Below are positions 39,049 through 51,700 of a stretch of DNA of 64,000 nucleotides, one piece after another (the stretch's first letter is position 1; every line of letters starts with the position of its first letter). Location: the NCBI RefSeq assembly GCF_009914755.1, contig NC_060928.1; one strand, 5' to 3'. The DNA is from the human T2T-CHM13v2.0 reference genome, Homo sapiens. The notes beneath the pieces are model-generated. The model was given only the letters and a program-made list of their open reading frames with translations, had not been told where the DNA came from and did no database searches. A program made the position numbers and the translations under genes.

Positions 39049-42000
39049 CATCCTCAGAAACTTATTTGTGATGTGTGTCCTCAACTAACAGAGTTGAAAC
39101 TTTCTTTTGATACAGCATTTTGGAAACACTCTTTTTGTAGAATCTGCAGGTGGATATTTGGATAGCTTAGAGGGATTCGTTGGAAAGGGGATATCTTCAT
39201 ATAAAATCTAGACAGAAGCATTCTCAGAAACTTATTTGTGATGTGTGTCCTCAACTAACAGAGTTGAACCTTGGTTTTGATACAGCATTTTGGAAACACT
39301 CCTTTTGTAGAATCTGCAGGTGGATATGTGGATAGCTTTGAAGATTTCGTTGGAAACGGGAATTTCTTCATATAAAATCAAACAGAAGCATTCTCAGAAA
39401 CTTCTCAGTGATGTTTGCATTCAGCTCATGGAGTTGAACACTTCCTTTCATAGAGCCGGTTTGAAACACTCTTTCTGCACTACCTGGAAGAGGACATTTC
39501 GAGCGCTTTGAGTCCTATGGTGAAAAAGGAAATATCTTCTCATAGAAACCAGAAAGAAGCATTCTCAGAAACTTCTTTGTGTTGTGTGTACTCATGTAAC
39601 AGTGTTGAACCATCCTTTTGACAGAGCAGTTTTGAAACACTCTTTTTGTAGAATCTGCAAGTGGATATTTGGATAGCTTTGAGGATTTCGTTGGAAACGG
39701 GATGACATATAGTATCTAGAGAGAAGCATTCTCAGGAACTTCTTTGTGATGTTTGCATTCAAGTCACAGAATTGAACATTCCCTTTCATAGAGCAGGTTT
39801 GAAACACTCTTTCTCTAGTATCTGGAAGTGGGCATTTCAAGCGCTTTCAGGCCTATGGAGAGAAAGGAAATACCTTCAAATAAAAACTAGACAGAAGCAT
39901 TCTCAGAAACTTATTTGTGATGTGTGTCCTCAACTAACAGAGTTGAACCTTTGTTTTGATACAGCATTTTGGAAACACTCCTTTTGTAGAATCTATAGGT
40001 GGATATTTGGATAGCTTTGAAGATTTCGTTGGAAACCGGAATATCTTCATATAAAATCAAGACAGAAGCATTCTCGGAAACATCTCTGTGATGTTTGCAT
40101 TCAACTCAGTAGAGTTGAACACTTCCTTTCATAGAGCAGGTTTGAAACACTCTTTCTGCACTACCTGGAAGCGGACATTTCGAGCGCTTTGAGGCCTATG
40201 GTGAAAAAGGAAATATCTTCTCATAAAAACCAGAAAGAAGCATTCTCAGAAACTTCTTTGTGTTGTGTGTACTCAAGTAACAGTGTTGAACCTTCCTTTT
40301 GACAGAGCAGTTTTGAAACACTCTTTTGGTAGAATCTGCAAGTGGATATTTGGATAGCTTTGAGGATTTCGTTGGAAACGGGTTATCTTCATATAAGATC
40401 CAGACAGGAGCATTCTCAGAAACTTCTTTGTGCTGTATGTCCTCAATTCACAGAGCTGAACCTTTGTTTGGATACAGCATTTTGGAAACATTCCTTTAGT
40501 AGAATCTGCAAGTTGATATTTAGATAGCTTTGAAGATTTCGTTGGAAACGGGAATATCTTCATAGAAAATCTAGACGGAAGCATTCTCAGAAACTGCTTT
40601 GTGATGTTTGCATTCAAGTCACAGAGTTGAATATTCCCTTTTATAGAGTAGGTTTGAAACACTCTTTCGGCACTACCTGGAAGAGGACATTTCGAGCGCT
40701 TTGAGTCCTATGGTGAAAAAGGAAATATCTTCTCATAGAAACCAGAAAGAAGCATTCTCAGAAACTTCTTTGTGTTGTGTGTACTCATGTAACAGTGTTG
40801 AACCATCCTTTTGACAGAGCAGTTTTGAAACACTCTTTTTGTAGAATCTGCAAGTGGATATTTGGATAGCTTTGAGGATTTCTTTGGAAACGGGATGACA
40901 TATAGTATCTAGAGAGAAGCATTCTCAGGAACTTCTTTGTGATGTTTGCATTCAAGTCACAGAATTGAACATTCCCTTTCATAGAGCAGGTTTGAAACAC
41001 TCTTTCTCTAGTATCTGGAAGTGGGCATTTCAAGCGCTTTCAGGCCTATGGAGAGAAAGGAAATACCTTCAAATAAAAACTAGACAGAAGCATTCTCAGA
41101 AACTTATTTGTGATGTGTGTCCTCAACTAACAGAGTTGAACCTTTGTTTTGATACAGCATTTTGGAAACACTCCTTTTGTAGAATCTGCAGGTGGATATT
41201 TGGATAACTTTGAAGATGTCGTTGGAAACCGGAATATCTTCATATAAAATCAAGACAGAAGCATTCTCGGAAACATCTCTGTGATGTTTGCATTCAACTC
41301 AGTAGAGTTGAACACTTCCTTTCATAGAGCAGGTTTGAAACACTCTTTCTGCACTACCTGGAAGCGGACATTTCGAGCGCTTTGAGGCCTATGGTGAAAA
41401 AGGAAATATCTTCTCATAAAAACCAGAAAGAAGCATTCTCAGAAACTTCTTTGTGTTGTGTGTACTCAAGTAACAGTGTTGAACCTTCCTTTTGACACAG
41501 CAGTTTTGAAACACTCTTTTGGTAGAATCTGCAAGTGGATATTTGGATAGCTTTGAGGATTTCGTTGGAAACGGGTTATCTTCATATAAAATCCAGACAG
41601 GAGCATTCTCAGAAACTTCTTTGTGCTGCATGTCCTCAATTCACAGAGCTGAACCTTTGTTTGGATACAGCATTTTGGAAACATTCCTTTAGTAGAATCT
41701 GCAAGTTGATATTTAGATAGCTTTGAAGATTTCGTTGGAAACGGGAATATCTTCATAGAAAATCTAGACGGAAGCATTCTCAGAAACTGCTTTGTGATGT
41801 TTGCATTCAAGTCACAGAGTTGAATATTCCCTTTTATAGAGTAGGTTTGAAACACTCTTTCGGCACTACCTGGAAGTGGATATTTCGAGCTCTTTGAGGC
41901 CTATGGTTAAAAGGAAATATCTTCCCATAAAAACTAGACAGAAGCCGTCTCAGAAACTTGTTTGTGATGTGTGCATTCAACTAACAGAGTTGAACATTTC

Positions 42001-43473
42001 TGTTACAGAGCAATTTTAAAACACTCTTTTTGTGGAATCTGAAAGTGGATAATTGGATAGCTTTGTGGATTTCGTTGGAAACGGGATGACGTATAAAATC
42101 TAGAGAGAAGCATTCTCAGGAACTTCTTTGTGATGTTTGCATTCAAGTCACAGAATTGAACATTCCTTTTCATAGTGCAGGTTTGAAACACTCTTTCTGT
42201 AGTATCTGGAAGTGGACATTTCAAGCGCTTTCAGGCCTACGGGGAGAAAGGAAATATCTTCAAATAAAAACTAGACAGAAGGATTCTCAGAAACTTATTT
42301 GTGATGTGTGTCCTAAACGAACACAGTTGAACCTTTGTTTAGATACAGCATTTTGGAAACACTCCTTTTGTAGGATCTGCAGGTGGATATTTGGATAGAT
42401 TTTAAGATTTCGTTGGAAACGGGAGTTTCTTCATAGAAACTCAAGACAGATGCATTCTCAGAAACATCTCTGTGATGTTTGCATTCCACTCATAGAGTTG
42501 AAAACTTCCTTTCATAGAGCAGGTTTGAAACACTCTTTTTGTAATATTTGGAAGTGGACATTTGCAGCGCTTTGAGGCCTATGGTGAAAAAGGAAATATC
42601 TTCTCATAAAAACCAGAAACAAGCATTCTCAGAAACTTCTTTTTGATGTGTGTACTCAAGTAACAGAGTTGAACCTTCCTTTTGACACAGCAGTTTTGAA
42701 ACAATCTTTTTGTAGAATCTGCAAGTGGATATTTGGATAGCTTTGAGGATTTCGTTGGAAACGGGATATCTTCATATAAAATCTAGACAGAAGCATTCTC
42801 AGAAACTTCTTTGTGCTGTATGTCCTCAATTAACAGAGTTGAACCATTGCTTGGATACAGCATTTTGGAAACATTCCTTTAGTAGAATCTGCAAGTTGAT
42901 ATTTAGATAGATTTGAAGATTTCGTTGGAAAAGGGAATATCTCCATATAAAATCTAGACGGAAGCATTCTCAGAAACTGCTTTGTGATGTTTCCATTCAA
43001 GTCACAGAGTTGAATATTCCCTTTTATAGAGCACGTTTGAAACACTCTTTCTGCACTATCTGGAAGTGGACATTTCGAGCGCTTTGAGGCCTATGGTGAA
43101 AAAGGAAATATCTTCCCATAAAAATTAGACAGAAGCATTCTCAGAAACTTGTTTGTGATGTGTGTATTCAACTAACAGAGTTGAACTTTTGTTTTTACAC
43201 AGCCGTTTTAAAACACTCTTTTTGTGGAATCAGAAAGTGGATATTCGGATGGCTCTGAGGATTTCGTTGGAAGCGGGATTACATATAAAATCTAGAGAGA
43301 AGCATTCTCAGGAACTTCTTTGTGATGTTTGCATTGAAGTCACAGAATTGAACATTCACTTTGATAGAGCAGGTTTGAAACACTCATTCTGTAGTATCTG
43401 GAAGTGGACATTTCAAGCGCTTTCAGGCCTATGGTGAAAAAGGAAATATCTTCGAATAAAAACTAGACAGAAG
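39049..43473 (+). repeat. 26-mer variant with an M10/M3 hybrid monomer (+1,193 bp)
   Basis: M10 5' part (ctttcggcactacctggaag) continues as M3 3' part (aggacatttcgagcgctttgagtcc) at 40670-40683. ORF marker 39592 recurs at 40785. Confidence 0.95.
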
Positions 43474-44490
43474 CATCCTCAGAAACTTATTTGTGATGTG
43501 TGTCCTCAACTAACAGAGTTGAAACTTTGTTTTGATACAGCATTTTGGAAACACTCCTTTTGTAGAATCTGCAGGTGGATATGTGGATAGCTCTGAAGAT
43601 TTCGTTGGAAACGGGAATTTCTTCATATAAAATCAAACAGAAGCATTCTCAGAAACTTCTCAGTGATGTTTGCATTCAGCTCATGGAGTTGAACACTTCC
43701 TTTCATAGAGCCGGTTTGAAACACTCTTTCTGCACTACCTGGAAGAGGCCATTTCGAGCGCTTTGAGTCCTATGGTGAAAAAGGAAATATCTTCTCATAA
43801 AAACCAGAAAGAAGCATTCTCAGAAACTTCTTTGTGTTGTGTGTACTCATGTAACAGTGTTGAACCATCCTTTTGACAGAGCAGTTTTGAAACACTCTTT
43901 TTGTAGAATCTGCAAGTGGATATTTGGATAGCTTTGAGGATTTCGTTGGAAACGGGATGACATATAATATCTAGAGAGAAGCATTCTCAGGAACTTCTTT
44001 GTGCTGTTTGCATTCAAGTCACAGAATTGAACATTCCCTTTCATAGAGCAGATTTGAAACACTCTTTCTCTAGTATCTGGAAGTGGGCATTTCAAGCGCT
44101 TTCAGGCCTATTGAGAGAAAGGAAATACCTTCAAATAAAAACTAGACAGAAGCATTCTCAGAAACTTGTTTGTGATGTGTGTATTCAACTAACAGAGTTG
44201 AACTTTTGTTTTTACAGAGCCGTTTTAAAACACTCTTTTTGTGGAATCAGAAAGTGGATATTCGGATGGCTCTGAGGATTTCGTTGGAAGCGGGATTACA
44301 TATAAAATCTAGAGAGAAGCATTCTCAGGAACTTCTTTGTGATGTTTGCATTGAAGTCACAGAATTGAACATTCACTTTGATAGAGCAGGTTTGAAACAC
44401 TCATTCTGTAGTATCTGGAAGTGGACATTTCAAGCGCTTTCAGGCCTATGGTGAGAAAGGAAATATCTTCGAATAAAAACTAGACAGAAG
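43474..44490 (+). repeat. 6-mer HOR variant, copy 1 (M1/M2 hybrid, M3, M4, M5, M18, M19; 1,017 bp)
   Basis: catcctcag markers at 43474 and 44491. M1 switches to M2 within 43529-43556; M5 joins M18 at 44153. Confidence 0.95.
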
Positions 44491-47400
44491 CATCCTCAGA
44501 AACTTATTTGTGATGTGTGTCCTCAACTAACAGAGTTGAAACTTTGTTTTGATACAGCATTTTGGAAACACTCTTTTTGTAGAATCTGCAGGTGGATATT
44601 TGGATAGCTTAGAGGGATTCGTTGGAAAGGGGATATCTTCATATAAAATCTAGACAGAAGCATTCTCAGAAACTTATTTGTGATGTGTGTCCTCAACTAA
44701 CAGAGTTGAACCTTGGTTTTGATACAGCATTTTGGAAACACTCCTTTTGTAGAATCTGCAGGTGGATATGTGGATAGCTCTGAAGATTTCATTGGAAACG
44801 GGAATTTCTTCATATAAAATCAAACAGAAGCATTCTCAGAAACTTCTCAGTGATGTTTGCATTCAGCTCATGGAGTTGAACACTTCCTTTCATAGAGCCG
44901 GTTTGAAACACTCTTTCTGCACTACCTGGAAGAGGACATTTCGAGCGCTTTGAGTCCTATGGTGAAAAAGGAAATATCTTCTCATAAAAACCAGAAAGAA
45001 GCATTCTCAGAAACTTCTTTGTGTTGTGTGTACTCATGTAACAGTGTTGAACCATCCTTTTGACAGAGCAGTTTTGAAACACTCTTTTTGTAGAATCTGC
45101 AAGTGGATATTTGGATAGCTTTGAGGATTTCGTTGGAAACGGGATGACATATAATATCTAGAGAGAAATATTCTCAGGAACTTCTTTGTGATGTTTGCAT
45201 TCAAGTCACAGAATTGAACATTCCCTTTCATAGAGCAGGTTTGAAACACTCTTTCTCTAGTATCTGGAAGTGGGCATTTCAAGCGCTTTCAGGCCTATGG
45301 AGAGAAAGGAAATACCTTCAAATAAAAACTAGACAGAAGCATTCTCAGAAACTTATTTGTGATGTGTGTCCTCAACTAACAGAGTTGAACCTTTGTTTTG
45401 ATACAGCATTTTGGAAACACTCCTTTTGTAGAATCTGCAGGTGGATATTTGGATAACTTTGAAGATTTCGTTGGAAACCGGAATATCTTCATATAAAATC
45501 AAGACAGAAGCATTCTCGGAAACATCTCTGTGATGTTTGCATTCAACTCAGTAGAGTTGAACACTTCCTTTCATAGAGCCGGTTTGAAACACTCTTTCTG
45601 CACTACCTGGAAGCGGACATTTCGAGCGCTTTGAGGCCTATGGTGAAAAAGGAAATATCTTCTCATAAAAACCAGAAAGAAGCATTCTCAGAAACTTCTT
45701 TGTGTTGTGTGTACTCAAGTAACAGTGTTGAACCTTCCTTTTGACACAGCAGTTTTGAAACACTCTTTTGGTAGAATCTGCAAGTGGATATTTGGATAGC
45801 TTTGAGGATTTCGTTGGAAACGGGTTATCTTCATATAAAATCCAGACAGGAGCATTCTCAGAAACTTCTTTGTGCTGCATGTCCTCAATTCACAGAGCTG
45901 AACCTTTGTTTGGATACAGCATTTTGGAAACATTCCTTTAGTAGAATCTGCAAGTTGATATTTAGATAGCTTTGAAGATTTCGTTGGAAACGGGAATATC
46001 TTCATAGAAAATCTAGAAGGAAGCATTCTCAGAAACTGCTTTGTGATGTTTGCATTCAAGTCACAGAGTTGAATATTCCCTTTTATAGAGTAGGTTTGAA
46101 ACACTCTTTCGGCGCTACCTGGAAGTGGATATTTCGAGCTCTTTGAGGCCTATGGTTAAAAGGAAATATCTTCCCATAAAAACTAGACAGAAGCCGTCTC
46201 AGAAACTTGTTTGTGATGTGTGTATTCAACTAACAGAGTTGAACATTTCTGTTACAGAGCAATTTTAAAACACTCTTTTTGTGGAATCTGAAAGTGGATA
46301 ATTGGATAGCTTTGTGGATTTCGTTGGAAACGGGATGACGTATAAAATCTAGAGAGAAGCATTCTCAGGAACTTCTTTCTGATGTTTGCATTCAAGTCAC
46401 AGAATTGAACATTCCTTTTCATAGTGCAGGTTTGAAACACTCTTTCTGTAGTATCTGGAAGTGGACATTTCAAGCGCTTTCAGGCCTACGGGGAGAAAGG
46501 AAATATCTTCAAATAAAAACTAGACAGAAGGATTCTCAGAAACTTATTTGTGATGTGTGTCCTAAACGAACACAGTTGAACCTTTGTTTAGATACAGCAT
46601 TTTGGAAACACTCCTTTTGTAGGATCTGCAGGTGGATATTTGGATAGATTTTAAGATTTCGTTGGAAACGGGAGTTTCTTCATAGAAACTCAAGACAGAT
46701 GCATTCTCAGAAACATCTCTGTGATGTTTGCATTCCACTCATAGAGTTGAAAACTTCCTTTCATAGAGCAGGTTTGAAACACTCTTTTTGTAATATTTGG
46801 AAGTGGACATTTGCAGCGCTTTGAGGCCTATGGTGAAAAGGAAATATCTTCTCATAAAAACCAGAAACAAGCATTCTCAGAAACTTCTTTTTGATGTGTG
46901 TACTCAAGTAACAGAGTTGAACCTTCCTTTTGACACAGCAGTTTTGAAACAATCTTTTTGTAGAATCTGCAAGTGGATATTTGGATAGCTTTGAGGATTT
47001 CGTTGGAAACGGGATATCTTCATATAAAATCTAGACAGAAGCATTCTCAGAAACTTCTTTGTGCTGTATGTCCTCAATTAACAGAGTTGAACCATTGCTT
47101 GGATACAGCATTTTGGAAACATTCCTTTAGTAGAATCTGCAAGTTGATATTGAGATAGATTTGAAGATTTCGTTGGAAACGGGAATATCTCCATATAAAA
47201 TCTAGACGGAAGCATTCTCAGAAACTGCTTTGTGATGTTTCCATTCAAGTCACAGAGTTGAATATTCCCTTTTATAGAGCACGTTTGAAACACTCTTTCT
47301 GCACTATCTGGAAGTGGACATTTCGAGCGCTTTGAGGCCTATGGTGAAAAAGGAAATATCTTCCCATAAAAATTAGACAGAAGCATTCTCAGAAACTTGT

Positions 47401-47721
47401 TTGTGATGTGTGTATTCAACTAACAGAGTTGAACTTTTGTTTTTACAGAGCCGTTTTAAAACACTCTTTTTGTGGAATCAGAAAGTGGATATTCGGATGG
47501 CTCTGAGGATTTCGTTGGAAGCGGGATTACATATAAAATCTAGAGAGAAGCATTCTCAGGAACTTCTTTGTGATGTTTGCATTGAAGTCACAGAATTGAA
47601 CATTCACTTTGATAGAGCAGGTTTGAAACACTCATTCTGTAGTATCTGGAAGTGGACATTTCAAGCGCTTTCAGGCCTATGGTGAAAAAGGAAATATCTT
47701 CGAATAAAAACTAGACAGAAG
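44491..47721 (+). repeat. Full-length 19-mer HOR (3,231 bp) between the two 6-mers
   Basis: M1 at 44491 and next marker at 47722; 1-bp deletion in the A run of M14 (tggtgaaaagg, ~46836-46839). Confidence 0.93.
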
Positions 47722-48738
47722 CATCCTCAGAAACTTATTTGTGATGTGTGTCCTCAACTAACAGAGTTGAAACTTTGTTTTGATACAGCATTTTGGAAAC
47801 ACTCCTTTTGTAGAATCTGCAGGTGGATATGTGGATAGCTCTGAAGATTTCGTTGGAAACGGGAATTTCTTCATATAAAATCAAACAGAAGCATTCTCAG
47901 AAACTTCTCAGTGATGTTTGCATTCAGCTCATGGAGTTGAACACTTCCTTTCATAGAGCCGGTTTGAAACACTCTTTCTGCACTACCTGGAAGAGGCCAT
48001 TTCGAGCGCTTTGAGTCCTATGGTGAAAAAGGAAATATCTTCTCATAAAAACCAGAAAGAAGCATTCTCAGAAACTTCTTTGTGTTGTGTGTACTCATGT
48101 AACAGTGTTGAACCATCCTTTTGACAGAGCAGTTTTGAAACACTCTTTTTGTAGAATCTGCAAGTGGATATTTGGATAGCTTTGAGGATTTCGTTGGAAA
48201 CGGGATGACATATAATATCTAGAGAGAAGCATTCTCAGGAACTTCTTTGTGCTGTTTGCATTCAAGTCACAGAATTGAACATTCCCTTTCATAGAGCAGA
48301 TTTGAAACACTCTTTCTCTAGTATCTGGAAGTGGGCATTTCAAGCGCTTTCAGGCCTATTGAGAGAAAGGAAATACCTTCAAATAAAAACTAGACAGAAG
48401 CATTCTCAGAAACTTGTTTGTGATGTGTGTATTCAACTAACAGAGTTGAACTTTTGTTTTTACAGAGCCGTTTTAAAACACTCTTTTTGTGGAATCAGAA
48501 AGTGGATATTCGGATGGCTCTGAGGATTTCGTTGGAAGCGGGATTACATATAACATCTAGAGAGAAGCATTCTCAGGAACTTCTTTGTGATGTTTGCATT
48601 GAAGTCACAGAATTGAACATTCACTTTGATAGAGCAGGTTTGAAACACTCATTCTGTAGTATCTGGAAGTGGACATTTCAAGCGCTTTCAGGCCTATGGT
48701 GAGAAAGGAAATATCTTCGAATAAAAACTAGACAGAAG
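47722..48738 (+). repeat. 6-mer HOR variant, copy 2 (1,017 bp)
   Basis: Same two junctions and same private alleles as 43474-44490 (gaggccatt, gtgctgtttg, gagcagattt, ctattgagag). Confidence 0.95.
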
Positions 48739-51700
48739 CATCCTCAGAAACTTATTTGTGATGTGTGTCCTCAACTAACAGAGTTGAAACTTTGTTTTGA
48801 TACAGCATTTTGGAAACACTCTTTTTGTAGAATCTGCAGGTGGATATTTGGATAGCTTAGAGGGATTCGTTGGAAAGGGGATATCTTCATATAAAATCTA
48901 GACAGAAGCATTCTCAGAAACTTATTTGTGATGTGTGTCCTCAACTAACAGAGTTGAACCTTGGTTTTGATACAGCATTTTGGAAACACTCCTTTTGTAG
49001 AATCTGCAGGTGGATATGTGGATAGCTCTGAAGATTTCGTTGGAAACGGGAATTTCTTCATATAAAATCAAACAGAAGCATTCTCAGAAACTTCTCAGTG
49101 ATGTTTGCATTCAGCTCATGGAGTTGAACACTTCCTTTCATAGAGCCGGTTTGAAACACTCTTTCTGCACTACCTGGAAGAGGACATTTCGAGCGCTTTG
49201 AGTCCTATGGTGAAAAAGGAAATATCTTCTCATAAAAACCAGAAAGAAGCATTCTCAGAAACTTCTTTGTGTTGTGTGTACTCATGTAACAGTGTTGAAC
49301 CATCCTTTTGACAGAGCAGTTTTGAAACACTCTTTTTGTAGAATCTGCAAGTGGATATTTGGATAGCTTTGAGGATTTCGTTGGAAACGGGATGACATAT
49401 AATATCTAGAGAGAAGCATACTCAGGAACTTCTTTGTGATGTTTGCATTCAAGTCACAGAATTGAACATTCCCTTTCATAGAGCAGGTTTGAAACACTCT
49501 TTCTCTAGTATCTGGAAGTGGGCATTTCAAGCGCTTTCAGGCCTATGGAGAGAAAGGAAATACCTTCAAATAAAAACTAGACAGAAGCATTCTCAGAAAC
49601 TTATTTGTGATGTGTGTCCTCAACTAACAGAGTTGAACCTTTGTTTTGATACAGCATTTTGGAAACACTCCTTTTGTAGAATCTGCAGGTGGATATTTGG
49701 ATAACTTTGAAGATTTCGTTGGAAACCGGAATATCTTCATTTAAAATCAAGACAGAAGCATTCTCGGAAACATCTCTGTGATGTTTGCATTCAACTCAGT
49801 AGAGTTGAACACTTCCTTTCATAGAGCAGGTTTGAAACACTCTTTCTGCACTACCTGGAAGCGGACATTTCGAGCGCTTTGAGGCCTATGGTGAAAAAGG
49901 AAATATCTTCTCATAAAAACCAGAAAGAAGCATTCTCAGAAACTTCTTTGTGTTGTGTGTACTCAAGTAACAGTGTTGAACCTTCCTTTTGACACAGCAG
50001 TTTTGAAACACTCTTTTGGTAGAATCTGCAAGTGGATATTTGGATAGCTTTGAGGATTTCGTTGGAAACGGGTTATCTTCATATAAAATCCAGACAGGAG
50101 CATTCTCAGAAACTTCTTTGTGCTGCATGTCCTCAATTCACAGAGCTGAACCTTTGTTTGGATACAGCATTTTGGAAACATTCCTTTAGTAGAATCTGCA
50201 AGTTGATATTTAGATAGCTTTGAAGATTTCGTTGGAAACGGGAATATCTTCATAGAAAATCTAGACGGAAGCATTCTCAGAAACTGCTTTGTGATGTTTG
50301 CATTCAAGTCACAGAGTTGAATATTCCCTTTTATAGAGTAGGTTTGAAACACTCTTTCGGCACTACCTGGAAGTGGATATTTCGAGCTCTTTGAGGCCTA
50401 TGGTTAAAAGGAAATATCTTCCCATAAAAACTAGACAGAAGCCGTCTCAGAAACTTGTTTGTGATGTGTGTATTCAACTACCAGAGTTGAACATTTCTGT
50501 TACAGAGCAATTTTAAAACACTGTTTTTGTGGAATCTGAAAGTGGATAATTGGATAGCTTTGTGGATTTCGTTGGAAACGGGATGACGTATAAAATCTAG
50601 AGAGAAGCATTCTCAGGAACTTCTTTCTGATGTTTGCATTCAAGTCACAGAATTGAACATTCCTTTTCATAGTGCAGGTTTGAAACACTCTTTCTGTAGT
50701 ATCTGGAAGTGGACATTTCAAGCGCTTTCAGGCCTACGGGGAGAAAGGAAATATCTTCAAATAAAAACTAGACAGAAGGATTCTCAGAAACTTATTTGTG
50801 ATGTGTGTCCTAAACGAACACAGTTGAACCTTTGTTTTGATACAGCATTTTGGAAACACTCCTTTTGTAGGATCTGCAGGTGGATATTTGGATAGATTTT
50901 AAGATTTCGTTGGAAACGGGAGTTTCTTCATAGAAACTCAAGACAGATGCATTCTCAGAAACATCTCTGTGATGTTTGCATTCCACTCATAGAGTTGAAA
51001 ACTTCCTTTCATAGAGCAGGTTTGAAACACTCTTTTTGTAATATTTGGAAGTGGACATTTGCAGCGCTTTGAGGCCTATGGTGAAAAAGGAAATATCTTC
51101 TCATAAAAACCAGAAACAAGCATTCTCAGAAACTTCTTTTTGATGTGTGTACTCAAGTAACAGAGTTGAACCTTCCTTTTGACACAGCAGTTTTGAAACA
51201 ATCTTTTTGTAGAATCTGCAAGTGGATATTTGGATAGCTTTGAGGATTTCGTTGGAAACGGGATATCTTCATATAAAATCTAGACAGAAGCATTCTCAGA
51301 AACTTCTTTGTGCTGTATGTCCTCAATTAACAGAGTTGAACCATTGCTTGGATACAGCATTTTGGAAACATTCCTTGAGTAGAATCTGCAAGTTGATATT
51401 TAGATAGATTTGAAGATTTCGTTGGAAAAGGGAATATCTCCATATAAAATCTAGACGGAAGCATTCTCAGAAACTGCTTTGTGATGTTTCCATTCAAGTC
51501 ACAGAGTTGAATATTCCCTTTTATAGAGCACGTTTGAAACACTCTTTCTGCACTATCTGGAAGTGGACATTTCGAGCGCTTTGAGGCCTATGGTGAAAAA
51601 GGAAATATCTTCCCATAAAAACTAGACAGAAGCATTCTCAGAAACTTGTTTGTGATGTGTGTATTCAACTAACAGAGTTGAACTTTTGTTTTTACAGAGC

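Noticed and set aside
42121-42135. Single M5/M19-type base (ctttgtgat) in one M12
   Set aside because: One site only; cannot distinguish point mutation from micro-conversion.
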